Below are positions 33,374 to 44,615 of a DNA stretch of 64,000 bases, one piece after another; within the stretch, counting starts at the first letter, position 1, and each line of letters opens with the position of its first letter. This DNA comes from Prasinococcaceae sp. CCMP 1430 (lineage: Eukaryota > Plantae > Prasinodermophyta), in contig RQSC01000027.1 in NCBI GenBank assembly GCA_013416795.1, forward strand, positions 790,251 to 854,250, read 5' to 3'. Made by a program: the position numbers and the translations under genes. Below the pieces are notes generated by a model, which was not told the origin of the DNA, did not search any database, and saw only the letters and a program-made list of their open reading frames with translations.

Positions 33374-34281
33374 GCGCGGCGACGCCCTCGCAGCCGCCCA
33401 TCGCGCTGCGTCTGTACACGATCATTCTTTCTCCTGTACGTCGTGCAGCAGTTTTTGTCTATAGCATGGCGAGTGGGCCCGCCGGGCTGGCCGGGCTGGC
33501 CGAGCGCGCGTGTGCGCGGGCGCACCGTCGAGCAAATGCACACCAGAGCGTCTGCACGTCCGCGTGGCGCCTGCGCGGCTTCGGGCAGTGGAGCGGCGTC
33601 CCCCCACGACCCCGGCCATCGAGGCGCGAAGACGGCGCCCAAACGTTCCCCAAGGCCTGGAGTGAACTAGGGTTAACAACTCAATGGTATCAATTCAAAG
33701 TGATGCGCGTCGGCTGGGCGCTGAGGGTTCGGGTATGAATATGAACCCTTATTCGGATGGAGCGAGGGGCGAAGGGGCGCGCTTCCTGAGGCGGCGCATT
33801 GACAGGGCGCGGCGCGTTCGCGGCGCGGCGCTGCGCGGGGCGCTGCCGGTGCCCCTTCGCGCTCAGGGAACGCGCGGTGCGCGTTCCCCGACGCCGTCCG
33901 CGCGCTGGCGGGCGCCACCTGATGGACGCTGCCATGCGCGTCTCGGCGCCTCCAACGCGCGGTCTCCACTTTGGAGATGGCGTTCCGGACGGTCCGGCGC
34001 CCGCGCCCATTTGGCGCCCGCACTGGGGGCGTCCGCGACGGCGCGGCAGCCACGACGCCGGGCGCGGCGTGGCGCGGCGCGGCCGGGCGGGACGGGACAG
34101 GGGATACGGGGCGGGGTGGCGCCACAGCGTGCGCGTGGACCTGCGACCTCAATACCGATCATCAGCGGAGGTGGCTGCGCCCTCCGCGTAGGGAACGCAG
34201 GCGTCCGTGGTGCGCGGCCAAAGCCCAAGTGGCGTGGGCTCAATAGGAGCTTCGCAAGTAGGGGCAGAGGCCCAAACGCCC

Positions 34282-36921
34282 ATGCCGGGCATGGCGCGGC
34301 AGCTGCGGAGCGTCCCTGAGGAGGGCGAGCTGCTGCCGGTGGTCGAAGTGGGCGCTATGGCGCGGCTGCGATCGCAGCGGCGCGCGGGTTTTGAGCTCAG
34401 TGGACGCGGACGCGCGGCCTTCGCGCGCGGCTACCGCCGGCGCAAGCCGCTCGTCGCCTTCGGCCTTGTGGCGATTCTGTGCGCGGCGATAGGTGCCACG
34501 CTCATGGGCAGGTTCGCACCCGGCTCGCAGGCTGTATTCGAGGCCAAGGCGGCCTCCGCGCGGCGTGCGCTCAGCGAGTGGCTGCACGGGCAGGCAGCTG
34601 CTGAGTCATTGCAGGAGGCGCTGGGTGCCGACTCAGGCGTGCCGTGGGCGCGCGCTCTCCTCAACGAGGCCCCAGAGGTCGAGGAAGGCGAGCAGGGTCA
34701 CGAAGCAGCGTGCAATGCGGTGCCACGGTGGCTCAGGGAGTGGGGCTGGTTCTTCGTCATCTTCGGAGTGCTGTACCTCTTCCTCGGGCTGGCCATCATC
34801 TGCGACGACTTCTTTGTGGCCTCGCTGGTGCGTGCGAATTGCTGCGCGCTGCCTTCGCGCTGTCGCGGCGCGACGCTGCAGCTGGTAGCCCCCCTCTGAT
34901 ACTGTCCCGCCCCGCCTCGCAACACGCCCCGGCGACCGCGTGCCCCGGGCCGCCCGAATCTCGTGCAGGAGGCCATCTCCGAAAAGCTGGAGCTGTCCGA
35001 GGATGTCGCTGGTGCGACGTTTATGGCGGCGGGATCATCAGCGCCCGAGCTGTTCTCATCGTCTATGTCGCTCGTGAGCTCGGCGGGCAACGAGATTGGC
35101 GTGGGCACCATCGTCGGCAGTGCGGTCTTCAACGTGCTCATGATTATCGGCGCGACGGCGTACATGTCAGGGCGCACTATGGCGCTGGATTGGAAGCCAC
35201 TCGTGCGTGATTGCTTCTTCTACACGCTGGCCATCATCGGGACCATCCTCGTCTTCATGGATGGTGTGGTGCATTGGTACGAAGGCTTGGGCTTCGTTAC
35301 ATGCTACGCCTTCTACATTGCCTTCATGTGGAAGAACGAGAAGATCATGCGATGGGTGGACGACCGCGTGCAGAAGAGTGACGGGAAAGTGGCACCAAAA
35401 GAGCGCAAGCAGGGGCGGCGCCAGTCTGTTTTCATTCGCGAGAGGGAGCGGATGGACACCGTCGTTGATGGGCAGGCCGTCATTGATGGGCAGGCTGAAA
35501 CAGAACGGATCGAGGATGGCGGGGCCGACGCACCGACGGCCAAAGTGGAGACCATCGACGGCAACTCCGGCGCACTCAGCGCGTGTCCACCTGAGGAGGC
35601 GTCACGCACTGCGTTGAGTGAGCAGACTGATGCCGATGGTGCAGCCAACGTGTGTGTGGCTAAGAATCCAGAGCACAGGGTGGTCCGCAACACATTTGGC
35701 AATTTAGTGCCGATAGTGTCTGTGAGCAACGATGCCGTCCACCTCGATGGCTCCAACGCCGAATCTTTCGCCACCGCCATCATGGCGACAATCATGATCA
35801 AACGCTTCCAGCGCAAGTGCGTGCGCTCGATGCGCTCGCGCCTGCTGGCCGCTGCGCGTCGATGCGAAAACGGCTCGGCCAGGAACTCGCTTGCCTGTGC
35901 AAACGAGAGCCAGGGAGAGGGTCCCGACAAGGCCGGCAGGACGGAGCGCAAGGGGTCGCTGAGCGCCCTTCGAAAGCGCAACCAGTCTGTGATAGTGTTT
36001 CAGGAGGCAGACGGTTCTCAAACGGTGCACATGGGATCGCTGAAGCTGGCCGAAGAGCACGCCGCGCGCCAGGCAGCGGAGAAGGCAGAGGCCAGCGCAA
36101 AGGGCGATGGCGGAGTCAGGAGCACACGGTTGGCGGCAGGCGTGCCGGTGGACAAGGACGCCGCAGTGAACGGTGGTCACGACGGCGACGATGTCGAGGC
36201 GGGGAAGATGCCCTCGAGTGCGCTGGCAGGGGCAAAGCCGATAGAAAACGTCGGCGCTGCGGATGACGATGATGACGAGCTCAACCCGTTCGAGTGGCCC
36301 GCAGACGGCGGGTTCCTCGATAAGGCGCTGTGGGCGCCCTCGCTGCCATGGTATGTGCTCTTCACGTACACCGTGCCAAACTGCGCGACGGAGAAGTGGG
36401 AAAAGTTCTACTTGGTGAGCTTCGTCGGCTCGATCGTGTGGATTGGCGCCATTTCTTACTTCATGGTCGAGTGGGCGCACACGTTTGGCTGCATCGTAGG
36501 TGCGCCCACGGTGGTGATGGGCACGACCGTCCTCGCCGCAGGCACGTCCGTGCCCGACGCGCTCAGCTCGATCGTGGTCGCCAGGCAGGGTTTAGGCGAT
36601 ATGGCGGTTGCGAACGCAATCGGGTCGAATGTGTTCGACATCTGGCTTGGCCTCGGCGTACCGTGGGCCATTCTGCTGCCAATCAAGTACGGCGGCAGGA
36701 TCTGCGTGCGCACGGAGGATCTCACGGTGAATATCTTGATCCTCTTCGGCGTGCTATTTTCGTACATAACGTGCATCGTCTCTTCGGGCTTCAAGCTCAC
36801 GCGGACTGTTGGCCTCGTTCTCATGATCTCATACGTCATATATGCCCTGCACAACATCGTTCTTGTGTGGGTTCTGGACGTGTACGGCTGGGCCGATGCA
36901 CCGGCCTGTACGTTGGCATGA
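34282..36921 (+). CDS. K+-dependent Na+/Ca2+ exchanger (NCKX/SLC24 type); 2 exons (34282-34827, 34969-36921)
   Basis: ICDDFFVASL|EAISEKL.LSEDVAGATFMAAGSSAPELF (alpha-1); GTTVLAAGTSVPD and GDMAVANAIGSNVFDI (alpha-2); large cytosolic loop between them. Confidence 0.93.
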
Positions 36922-37181
36922 CTCACTCGCCGTGCCGCTCGCGCACGTCGTGTACCGACTCACAACGCTTCATTTAGTCGCCACTCCATCTACAAAAACT
37001 AGCCTCCCGCTCCCACCGCCTGCGCTCCAAGCGACAAATTTGAAAGAGTGCGCGAGGACAAAAAGTCTCGACATCACACGTGCACACGCGTGACGAGCGC
37101 TGCGCCGCCGCTGCTATCCACACGCGCTCGTTAGCGGCGGGCCAGAGCTGCGCCACCGCTGTTGGGTGCGCGATTGCCAGG

Positions 37182-39026
37182 TCAGGTCGCTGGCCGATCT
37201 TCTCCAAGGGGCTGCCCAATCGATGCCAGCCCCGTGCGCAGACGCGCGTTCGACGCGCGCAACGCGTCACGCAGGCGCGTCAAGTCGCGCAGCCGCCTCT
37301 CTGAGGCCGCCTCGGCACCGGCCGCCTCGATGGCGCCAGTGCTAGCGTCGTCCGTCTCGTTCACCGGCGCTGCGTGTTGCAGCAGGAGCGGTACCCTCCC
37401 CACTCCGAAGGCTGGCTCGTTGCCGACGGCCACGCTGAGCTGTTGCAGTCGCCTGCCGATGGCACCCTGCGACCTGTCCAGGCGCTCGTGGTCACTGCGC
37501 AGTGTCGCTGCAAGCCTCGCGGCCGTGGCCGAGTGACCCGCAGTGCCAAGCGCCACCTGATCTGCCGCCTCAAGTTGAGCGTCCAGTCCATCCACGCAGC
37601 CGCTAAGCGATAGCGCATTTGTGTGCCGACTCACCGTGCCTCCGTTGCAGCGACCAGGGTTTCTGTGGCCGCCGTCACCAGCGGAGAACGTAGCGCCGGC
37701 TCCCGGGTGCGTCACAGCCGTCAGTGGAGCCGACGCCCGGCGCTGCCTTCTTTGGCGAGCATGGCCATCGCTCGTGATGGTGGCGAGCTCGCCGCGGCCC
37801 ACGCCGTAGGTGTTTGTGCGATGCCTGCCAGCAGCACTGCCAGCGCTGCCACGCCTCGCGTATCCACCAGGAAGAGAGCCGCGGGTGCCGGCAAGTTCGT
37901 CGCGCTCCGCCGCGGCGGTGATGCGCTTCGGTTCTCTCACACGCGCCGCGCGCCGCCCGCGATCGCCGCGTCGGGACTGCTGCACCGCGGGGAGGTGGAC
38001 AGAACTCTCAGCCCACTCTCCAGGCATGCGCGGCCCACGCGCCGGAGACGCCTCGCGCACTCGTGCCACCGCTACCGGTGGAGGTGCGACCGGGAGAGGA
38101 GTCCGCGGCGACGGACCCCCATCAGTTTTCGCTCCGCTCTCGCGTTCCCAGTTTGCACTCGCGAGACCGTCATCACTGCCATCGCCTTCCCAGCCGTCGG
38201 CTTTGCGGCGAAAGCCTTCGCCCCCACCCCGTGCGCCCCTGCGGCCGCCCGGAGCACTGCCATGGTCATCATACCTGCAGTGGTGGGTCGCGTAGTCCGA
38301 CAAAGCCACAACCCTATCAGGGCGGCGCTGGCGGTGGTCATCGCAGCGACCGCTGCATCCTGGATCACGAGCGCCCGTCTCCTCTACGTTCGCGTCCGCA
38401 CGAAATTCAGAGGACCGCAACGATGTCCGCATCGTCGGCGCGCCGGTGCTCGCGCCCTCCTCGCCCCCACCGGGCGACGGTGGCAGCATCCCGGGCGTTG
38501 GGTCGGTGCCCTCGCCGCGACCCAAGAAACGGTGAATTGCAGCGAGGAGCACGAGGCTGCGCGAGGAAGGTTCCGCCGGCTCAGGCGTCGTCGCGACTGT
38601 CGTCCCCTCGGACGCGCCCGACGTGGCGGCGACCCCGGGATCGTGCGCCTCTCCCCCCACCATGTCAATCGGCACACCAGCTCGGCGCCGCACCTGCCAC
38701 GCGCTGCTCTTCGGCGCGCTCACCTGCGACCCAAGCAAGGTATGGCGGCGTAGCAACAGATGCACCGCAGTGACAACGCCCGGGGGCGCTTGCGCCCCCC
38801 CGCGGCCACGGCCGCGCGAAAGGGTGCCTCGACGTCCAACCACCCTACGCGGGGGCGGAAGGAGGAGGGGCGGGGGCCTCTTGCCGCGCGCTGTGACGCA
38901 GTTTGGCAGCACTCGGAATACGAGCGCGCTGTTCACCAGGTCATTGCGGGATGTTGTTTGCGCGCTGGTGAGAAAAGCGTCCTTGCGGAGACGAACTCGA
39001 ATCCACGGCGATGTTTTGAATGCCAT
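37182..39026 (-). CDS. Hypothetical low-complexity protein with a C-terminal coiled coil
   Basis: Long ORF; first ATG at 39026, with a possible acceptor CATTGCAG just upstream. Helical C-terminus. No family recognised. Confidence 0.5.
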   Translation of the reverse strand: MAFKTSPWIRVRLRKDAFLTSAQTTSRNDLVNSALVFRVLPNCVTARGKRPPPLLLPPPRRVVGRRGTLSRGRGRGGAQAPPGVVTAVHLLLRRHTLLGSQVSAPKSSAWQVRRRAGVPIDMVGGEAHDPGVAATSGASEGTTVATTPEPAEPSSRSLVLLAAIHRFLGRGEGTDPTPGMLPPSPGGGEEGASTGAPTMRTSLRSSEFRADANVEETGARDPGCSGRCDDHRQRRPDRVVALSDYATHHCRYDDHGSAPGGRRGARGGGEGFRRKADGWEGDGSDDGLASANWERESGAKTDGGPSPRTPLPVAPPPVAVARVREASPARGPRMPGEWAESSVHLPAVQQSRRGDRGRRAARVREPKRITAAAERDELAGTRGSLPGGYARRGSAGSAAGRHRTNTYGVGRGELATITSDGHARQRRQRRASAPLTAVTHPGAGATFSAGDGGHRNPGRCNGGTVSRHTNALSLSGCVDGLDAQLEAADQVALGTAGHSATAARLAATLRSDHERLDRSQGAIGRRLQQLSVAVGNEPAFGVGRVPLLLQHAAPVNETDDASTGAIEAAGAEAASERRLRDLTRLRDALRASNARLRTGLASIGQPLGEDRPAT

Positions 39027-39251
39027 AAAAGCATCGCGATACTGCAATGGATACACACAATTAAGGAACCCAGCAGAATCCCTACGCCGAGCGCGGAGAG
39101 CGGGGCTCGGGCGAGCGCCACAGCGCTGGGCGCGCGCGCTGGCGCCGGGGCGCTGTGCGCCGGCGCGGGCGCCCTAGGGCGTGCGGAGAGCTCCGCGCGG
39201 GAGATCACATCTCGGGGCCCGCCCGCGACAGCCGTGCCCCCGCTGGCGGGC

Positions 39252-40589
39252 ATGGGAGGCGCGGACGGCGGCGGTGGCGGCGGCGGCGGCCGGCAGGCGG
39301 ACGTGCGCATCGGGTGCAGCGGCTTCGCGTACCCGCATTGGCGCAAGGGGGCGTTCTACCCTGCGGGTGCGCTGTGTGCCGCCAAGGACGAGCTGCGATG
39401 GTACGCGGGCCGTCTGTGCACCGTCGAAGTGAATGCGACCTTCTACGCGATGCCCAAGACCGAAAACTTCGAGAAGTGAGTGTCGTTGCGCACGCGTACT
39501 CTGATGCGGCCGAGCAGACTCGCTGCGGGCCCGCTGCTCTGACACGCTATGCTCCCGCACGTGCGCAGGTGGGCCGCACAGGTGCGGTCTTCGGGCAACG
39601 GACGCTTCGAGTTCGCCGTGAAAGCGCCCAAGGCGATCACGCACGAGGCGCGGCTCGGTGGCGAGGCGGCCATCGGGGGCGCGTGCGAGCTGCTGCGGCG
39701 CCTGTCTGCGCTTGGCGGCTACAGCGGGCCGGTGCTTTTTCAAACTCCACCGAGCCTGGCGCGCGACGATTCTCGGCTGCGGGGGCTGCTCGAGGCGTGC
39801 GCGCCGTTCGGGGCGCGCCTCGCCTTCGAGTTCCGGTGCCGCAGCTGGGATTCGCCCGAGGTCGACGCCATCCTCGCAGCGGCCGGGGCTGCGAGGGTCG
39901 AGGTCGTCTACCCTTTCGACAAGACCGACCCGCCCGAGGTGCGTCACCAGCGGCAAACCACGCGCATGCTGCGGCGGTCGGCGCTCCCAGGCGCGGCGCT
40001 CACGTACATCCGGATGGGCCACAGCGCCGCAGCGGAGTCGCGGGGGGAAGTCTCCGAGTTCGGCAACGAGCAGCTGCGGCTCTTGGCCAACGAGCTCGCG
40101 GTCAGGCGGCGACAGGAGGGTGCGCCACCGATCTATGTCTACTTTATGAACGATTTGGAGGCGCGCGCGCCTCACAACGCGCGCTCGCTGTGCGTCGCAC
40201 TCGCCACGGCGAGCGGCGGCGCCCCTCCCGTGCGCGGCTTCGCGCCGCTAGCAATGACGGCAGGTGGCGCAGGACGCGGAGGTGGCGTCGCCGCGCTCTT
40301 TGCGGCAGCGACGAAGAAGCAGCAAACGCGGCAGAAGGACTGCGCGCGCGGGGCGAATGGCAGCAGTCCGAGCGCATCAGCCTCGCAAGCCGCGGCAGGC
40401 ACCAGTCCGAGCGCACAGGGACAGCCACACCCACAGGAGCCAACGCCCGCGAGCCTACCGGGCGCAGCGCCATCGCCGTCGGCTGCTACGCCCAGCCCTG
40501 GATCGCAGCCGCACCCCTCACGCTCCTCGCCACCGGGCAAGCGACGAGCCACCATCGACTCCTTCTTCGCCAAACGGCCGCGCATATGA
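39252..40589 (+). CDS. DUF72 (YecE/YunF, UPF0759) TIM-barrel protein with a C-terminal PIP-like box and NLS; 2 exons (39252-39475, 39569-40589)
   Basis: IGCSGFAYPHW...FYP, VEVNATFYAMP, F.VKAPKAITH..RL, GPVLFQTPPS, AFEFR..SW. Intron GTGAGT...GCGCAG. Confidence 0.9.
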
Positions 40590-40731
40590 CGCGGGCTTTC
40601 CCTTCTGTAAAAAGTTTCGTAAAGTAGTATATCGTACGCGCCTGCGCACGCCCGGGTCAACTCGGTCGAACGCGGCGCGCGCTTCGCCCAGCTTCCTCCC
40701 TCTTGGCCGCGCGGCCTGGCCAGCCAGCGGC

Positions 40732-41563
40732 TCACTTGAGCACGCGCCACGTGAACGCGCACAGCATGCAGTCCTTGGAGCCCTCGTCGCCCGGAAGCGC
40801 GGCGTACGGCTCCGAGTGGCCGGCGTCCTCCCAGGTGCCGTCGTCCACAAGCTGCTTGTGGATGGCGGGGTAGTCCGAAGCCTCGTACAGGTCGAGCTTG
40901 AGCGTGTAGCACACAATGCCACCGACCTTGACCATGCGCGCGACCTCGATGAGGCCCGACGCCGGCGCATGGCCCGGGGTGAACACGCCCGAGGACACGG
41001 CGCCGTCGTACACGTTCGACTCGCAGTCGAGCTTCTCGCCGAGGGTGCCCTTGAACAGCTTGCCGTAGACGTCCTTCTTGGCGGCCTCATCGAGCATGCC
41101 CTGCGAGTTGTCCATGCCATCGATGTTGCTGTAGCCAGCCATCTCCTTGCAGTACTTGCCGAGGAGGCCCGTGCCGCAGCCCACGTCGAGAATCTTGCAG
41201 GAGGTGTCCGGGAGGAGCTTCTTCGCCACGAGGTGCTTCACCAGGCCGATGGGCGCCTGGTACTTGTCCGGGTCCATGGTCGAGTCATACACCTTGGCCC
41301 ACTCGTTGTAGATCTTCTCGCTCTCCTGCGGGCGCGCGCGCGCACGCGCGTCAGCGCGCCGGCGCGGCCGCGTGCCCGAGCGCCGNGCTCATGGCGGCGC
41401 ACTTCCGGATCGCGCGCAGCTCCTCGACCCCGACCGTCTCCAGGAACGGCGCCAGCGCCTCGCGGTCGAACGCCGGGGTCGCAGCATCGCTGTCGCTCTC
41501 CTCGCCGTCTGTCTCGCCCCCCAGCACCACCTCCTCGTACATCGTCGTCGCGCCCGACAGCAT
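40732..41563 (-). CDS. SAM-dependent methyltransferase, METTL27/WBSCR27-like; last exon 41325-40732
   Basis: KIYNEWAKVYD, motif I ILDVGCGTGL, IDGMDNSQGML, YDGAVSSGVF.PGH. The upstream exon boundary is unclear (N at 41386). Confidence 0.85.
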
Positions 41564-42609
41564 GGCAGCCTCGCTGGCGATGCCGCTCGGTCCCTCCTCC
41601 CGCGCCTGCCTGCGCCAGTCCCTGGCGTAGTTGAGCACCAGGAAGCGCCGCGGATCCCGCGCGTTTCGCGCCGCGCGCTTTTCCGAGCGTTCCGGGCGGT
41701 TTGTGGGGCCGAGGTTCACCCGCGCGCTGCGCGCGGTGCGCGCGCGCGCCGAACCCACCCTTCGCGCGCGCAAAGGGCCACCGACACAGCCCAACGACGC
41801 ACGGCGTGTGATGATTGAGCAACACACCAACCTGCAGCATGCCATGCCAATGTACCTTTGCGTGGAATTTGGACGAACGCGCGGGAAACCGCCGCGAAAT
41901 ATATGCGTTCCGGAAAGTCGGTGAGAGTGGGGGCGGGGTGCGCGGCGTCGTCCCCGCTGCCTCGTGCCACGTTTCATGTGAGACCCTCGGTCGAAGGCTC
42001 TCTTCTCAACCCAAACATATTGGGGTTTATGTGACCCCGGTAGGGTTATTCAGACTTGAGTATGTGCAAAATCGTGGTATCGCGGGATTTGCGCGGGCGC
42101 CCCCGCCCGCCGGGGGGTTGAGCGGCGGGCGAGCGGGCGATTTCGAGCGGCTCGTGCGCGCGCTGCGCGCGCCCCCCCTTCCCCCCTCCCCCCACCCTGC
42201 AGGCTGAAGGCGACCGCCTCCTCCGTCTCTCCCTGCCTCCTGCGTCACTCTGATGGACCCTCGCGCGGCGAATTCGCATCGAATTGCGATCCGCGAAATA
42301 CATCGACGTCAAAAGTAAAGAATTTTTCGGGCCACGAACGAAGAACCTGCGGCAGGCAAATGACGAGGGTGGCCCGGATCGCGCGCCGCGGCCGCGAGTG
42401 CGCGCCAGCGAACGACGTGGCGGCGCGCCGCGCGAGCCCCCCACCGGCCACGATCCGCAACGAGCGGCTGTGCACAGGGGAAACGATCCGAAACATGCAT
42501 GAACGTTATTGGATGGCATGCGCACCGGCAACGCGCGATGAAGCCGGCGTGCGAGGCGCGTTGTGCGGCGGGAAAATGGGAGGGAGTCGCCCCCTCTCTT
42601 GTCCTTCAG

Positions 42610-42842
42610 TCAGAAGAGCACCTCGACCGCCTGCTTGCAGTAGATGCACATCGAGTACAGCGTCAGCCCGACGGCGACGGTCATCATGCCGGCGCCCGCG
42701 GTGATGGCGAGCTCGGTGGGCGCCTGCGCGAGCCCGCTCGCCCCCGCGCCCGAGCACCGCGCGAGCAGCAGCGAGATGAGCGCGCCCATCTGCGCCGCGG
42801 TTTTGAGCTTGCCCCACGAGTTGACGTTCACGGCGCTCCGGG
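42610..42842 (-). other. Isolated 3' exon of a CDP-DAG:glycerol-3-phosphate phosphatidyltransferase (PgsA/PGP1-like)
   Basis: AVNVNSWGKLKTAAQM plus two hydrophobic helices and a stop; preceded by a CTGAC branch point and CCCCGCAG acceptor. No upstream exons found in the window. Confidence 0.65.
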
Positions 42843-42943
42843 CTGCGGGGCCGCGGCGAGCGCAGGAGCGCGTGCGCCGCGCGCGGTCAGCACGCCGTCG
42901 AGCGCGGCGTGGCGCGGTGCGGTGCGGCGCCGCGCGCCGGGCG

Positions 42944-44464
42944 ATGGCGTCCTCCGGGCGGTTCTACTGCTGGGAGGTCACCGCGCTGCAGCGCCACGCC
43001 GACCGGGCGGAGGCGCTCGCCGAGCTCACGCGCGCCGCGCGGCAGGTAGAGCCCATCATGAAGAAGCGCGGCTGGAGCGTGCGCAAGCTGTCCGAGTTTC
43101 TGCCCAGGTCGGACGGTCTGCTCGGGCTCAACATCAACCGGGGTGCTCACGTGCGTATGGCTGCTGCCGCACGCTAGGGCGCTGGGCACTGCCTGCACCC
43201 CCTCCCGCGAGCACTGCTGCGTCTGGGGCCGCTGTGGGTCCGCCGCTTGGCTGTTGACTGACATCGCCGCGCCGGCATGTCGCCCCCGCTCGCTTGCTCG
43301 CCCGCTCGCAGATCAAGGTCCGCCTGCGCAAGAGCGCCAACGGTGGCTTCTACCACTATGAGCACATCCTGGGCACCCTGCTGCACGAGCTGTGCCACAA
43401 CCGCCACGGCGCGCACTCGGTCGACTTCTACAAGCTCCTCGATGAAATAACAGCAGAGTGCGAGCAGCTGATGGCGCAGAAGATCACCGGCGACGGCAAG
43501 GGTGGACAGATCGGCGGCGCATTCGGCGGGCGCTCCTCGGGCGCTCTTGGAGGCACGCGCTCCGGGAAAGCTCCCTCCCGAGCTGACGCGGCGAGGGCAG
43601 CCGAGGCGCGCGCGCGGGCGCAGAAGATAATGACCAAGGGCGGGCAAAAGCTTGGCAGCGCGGGTGCGGGTGGCAGAAGCGCCGCCGGGCCGTCGGAGAC
43701 CAAGCCCGCCGATGCGCGAGCGGCAGCCGCCGCCGCCGCGCAGAAACGCTGCAGCGACAACGCCTGGTGTCCTGCGGAGAGGTGCGCGCGCCTGCTGCAC
43801 GCCGTGTGTCGCGAGTAGGTGCTGGGCAGAGCTGTGCGCGCGCGCAATGCCCGAGTCCGCTCAAAAGCGCTGACACGGGCGTGCGCGTCACAGACCCACA
43901 GCAGAAATCATCTCCCTCGTCGATGACGACGACGACGAGAGCAGCGGCAATGCGGCCCGAGTGCGCACCAGGGTCGGCCCACAAAGTGGCACCGCCAGCC
44001 TTGGCCGTGCCGCTGGCGCTAGCAGCGGCAGCAGAGGCAGAGGTGGTGCTAGTAGGGGTGGAAGTGGCCCTGGCAGCAGCGCGCAAGGAGTGATTGTCAT
44101 TGACGATGACGCCTCCGACGATGAGCGGGTCGCCCCTGGTGTCGACGGCGCCGGCGATGCGGTCAGCACGGACGGCTTCGGCGGTGGAGCTGGTCCGAGT
44201 GCGAACACCGCGCGTGGGCCAGCCAGCCGCGGGGCCGATGTGGTAGTCATAGGCGACAGCCCATCGCCCAAGGCAGCTGGTGGTCTCGGCACGCTCGGCA
44301 AGCGCGGCCGCAATGCAAGCGGCAGGCGGGCGAGCCACTGGGCATGCCGTGCCTGCACGCTCGCGAATGCGCCTTCGCAGTCGCACTGCACGGTGTGCGG
44401 CGCGTGGCGCTACTCCAACGTCTTGCCGACCCCGGCCGCAGACGCGAACCGCAACGGCCTCTAG
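42944..44464 (+). CDS. WSS1: Wss1/WLM DNA-protein-crosslink metalloprotease with SIMs and a RanBP2 zinc finger; 3 exons (42944-43150, 43312-43781, 43894-44464)
   Basis: PIMKKRGWSV..LSEF.P...LLGLNINRG|IKVRLR; HELCHNRHGAH (HExxH); DNAWC; SIMs IISLVDD, VIVIDDD and VVVIGD; WACRACTLAN....HCTVC. Confidence 0.92.
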
Positions 44465-44615
44465 CTAGTCTGACTTGTATCATGTAAACTCTGTACACAG
44501 TGTACTACACACACACACACGTATTTAATGAGCAGGGATGCCACCTCCGATTATTGTTTTTGCACGCAGCGGCGACGCGCGCGTGATGGAGCCAGCAGCG
44601 CTAAGCCGACTGCAT

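Noticed and set aside
42000-42070. AT-richer hairpin-like segment with TAACCCTA on the minus strand, a possible telomerase RNA template or small RNA
   Set aside because: Only an 8-nt match, with no recognisable USE/TATA or pseudoknot. Better explained as one of the telo-like promoter tracts.
39252-44464. DUF72 plus Wss1 as a DNA-repair gene cluster
   Set aside because: They are separated by unrelated genes, and proximity in a compact eukaryotic genome is weak evidence without synteny data.
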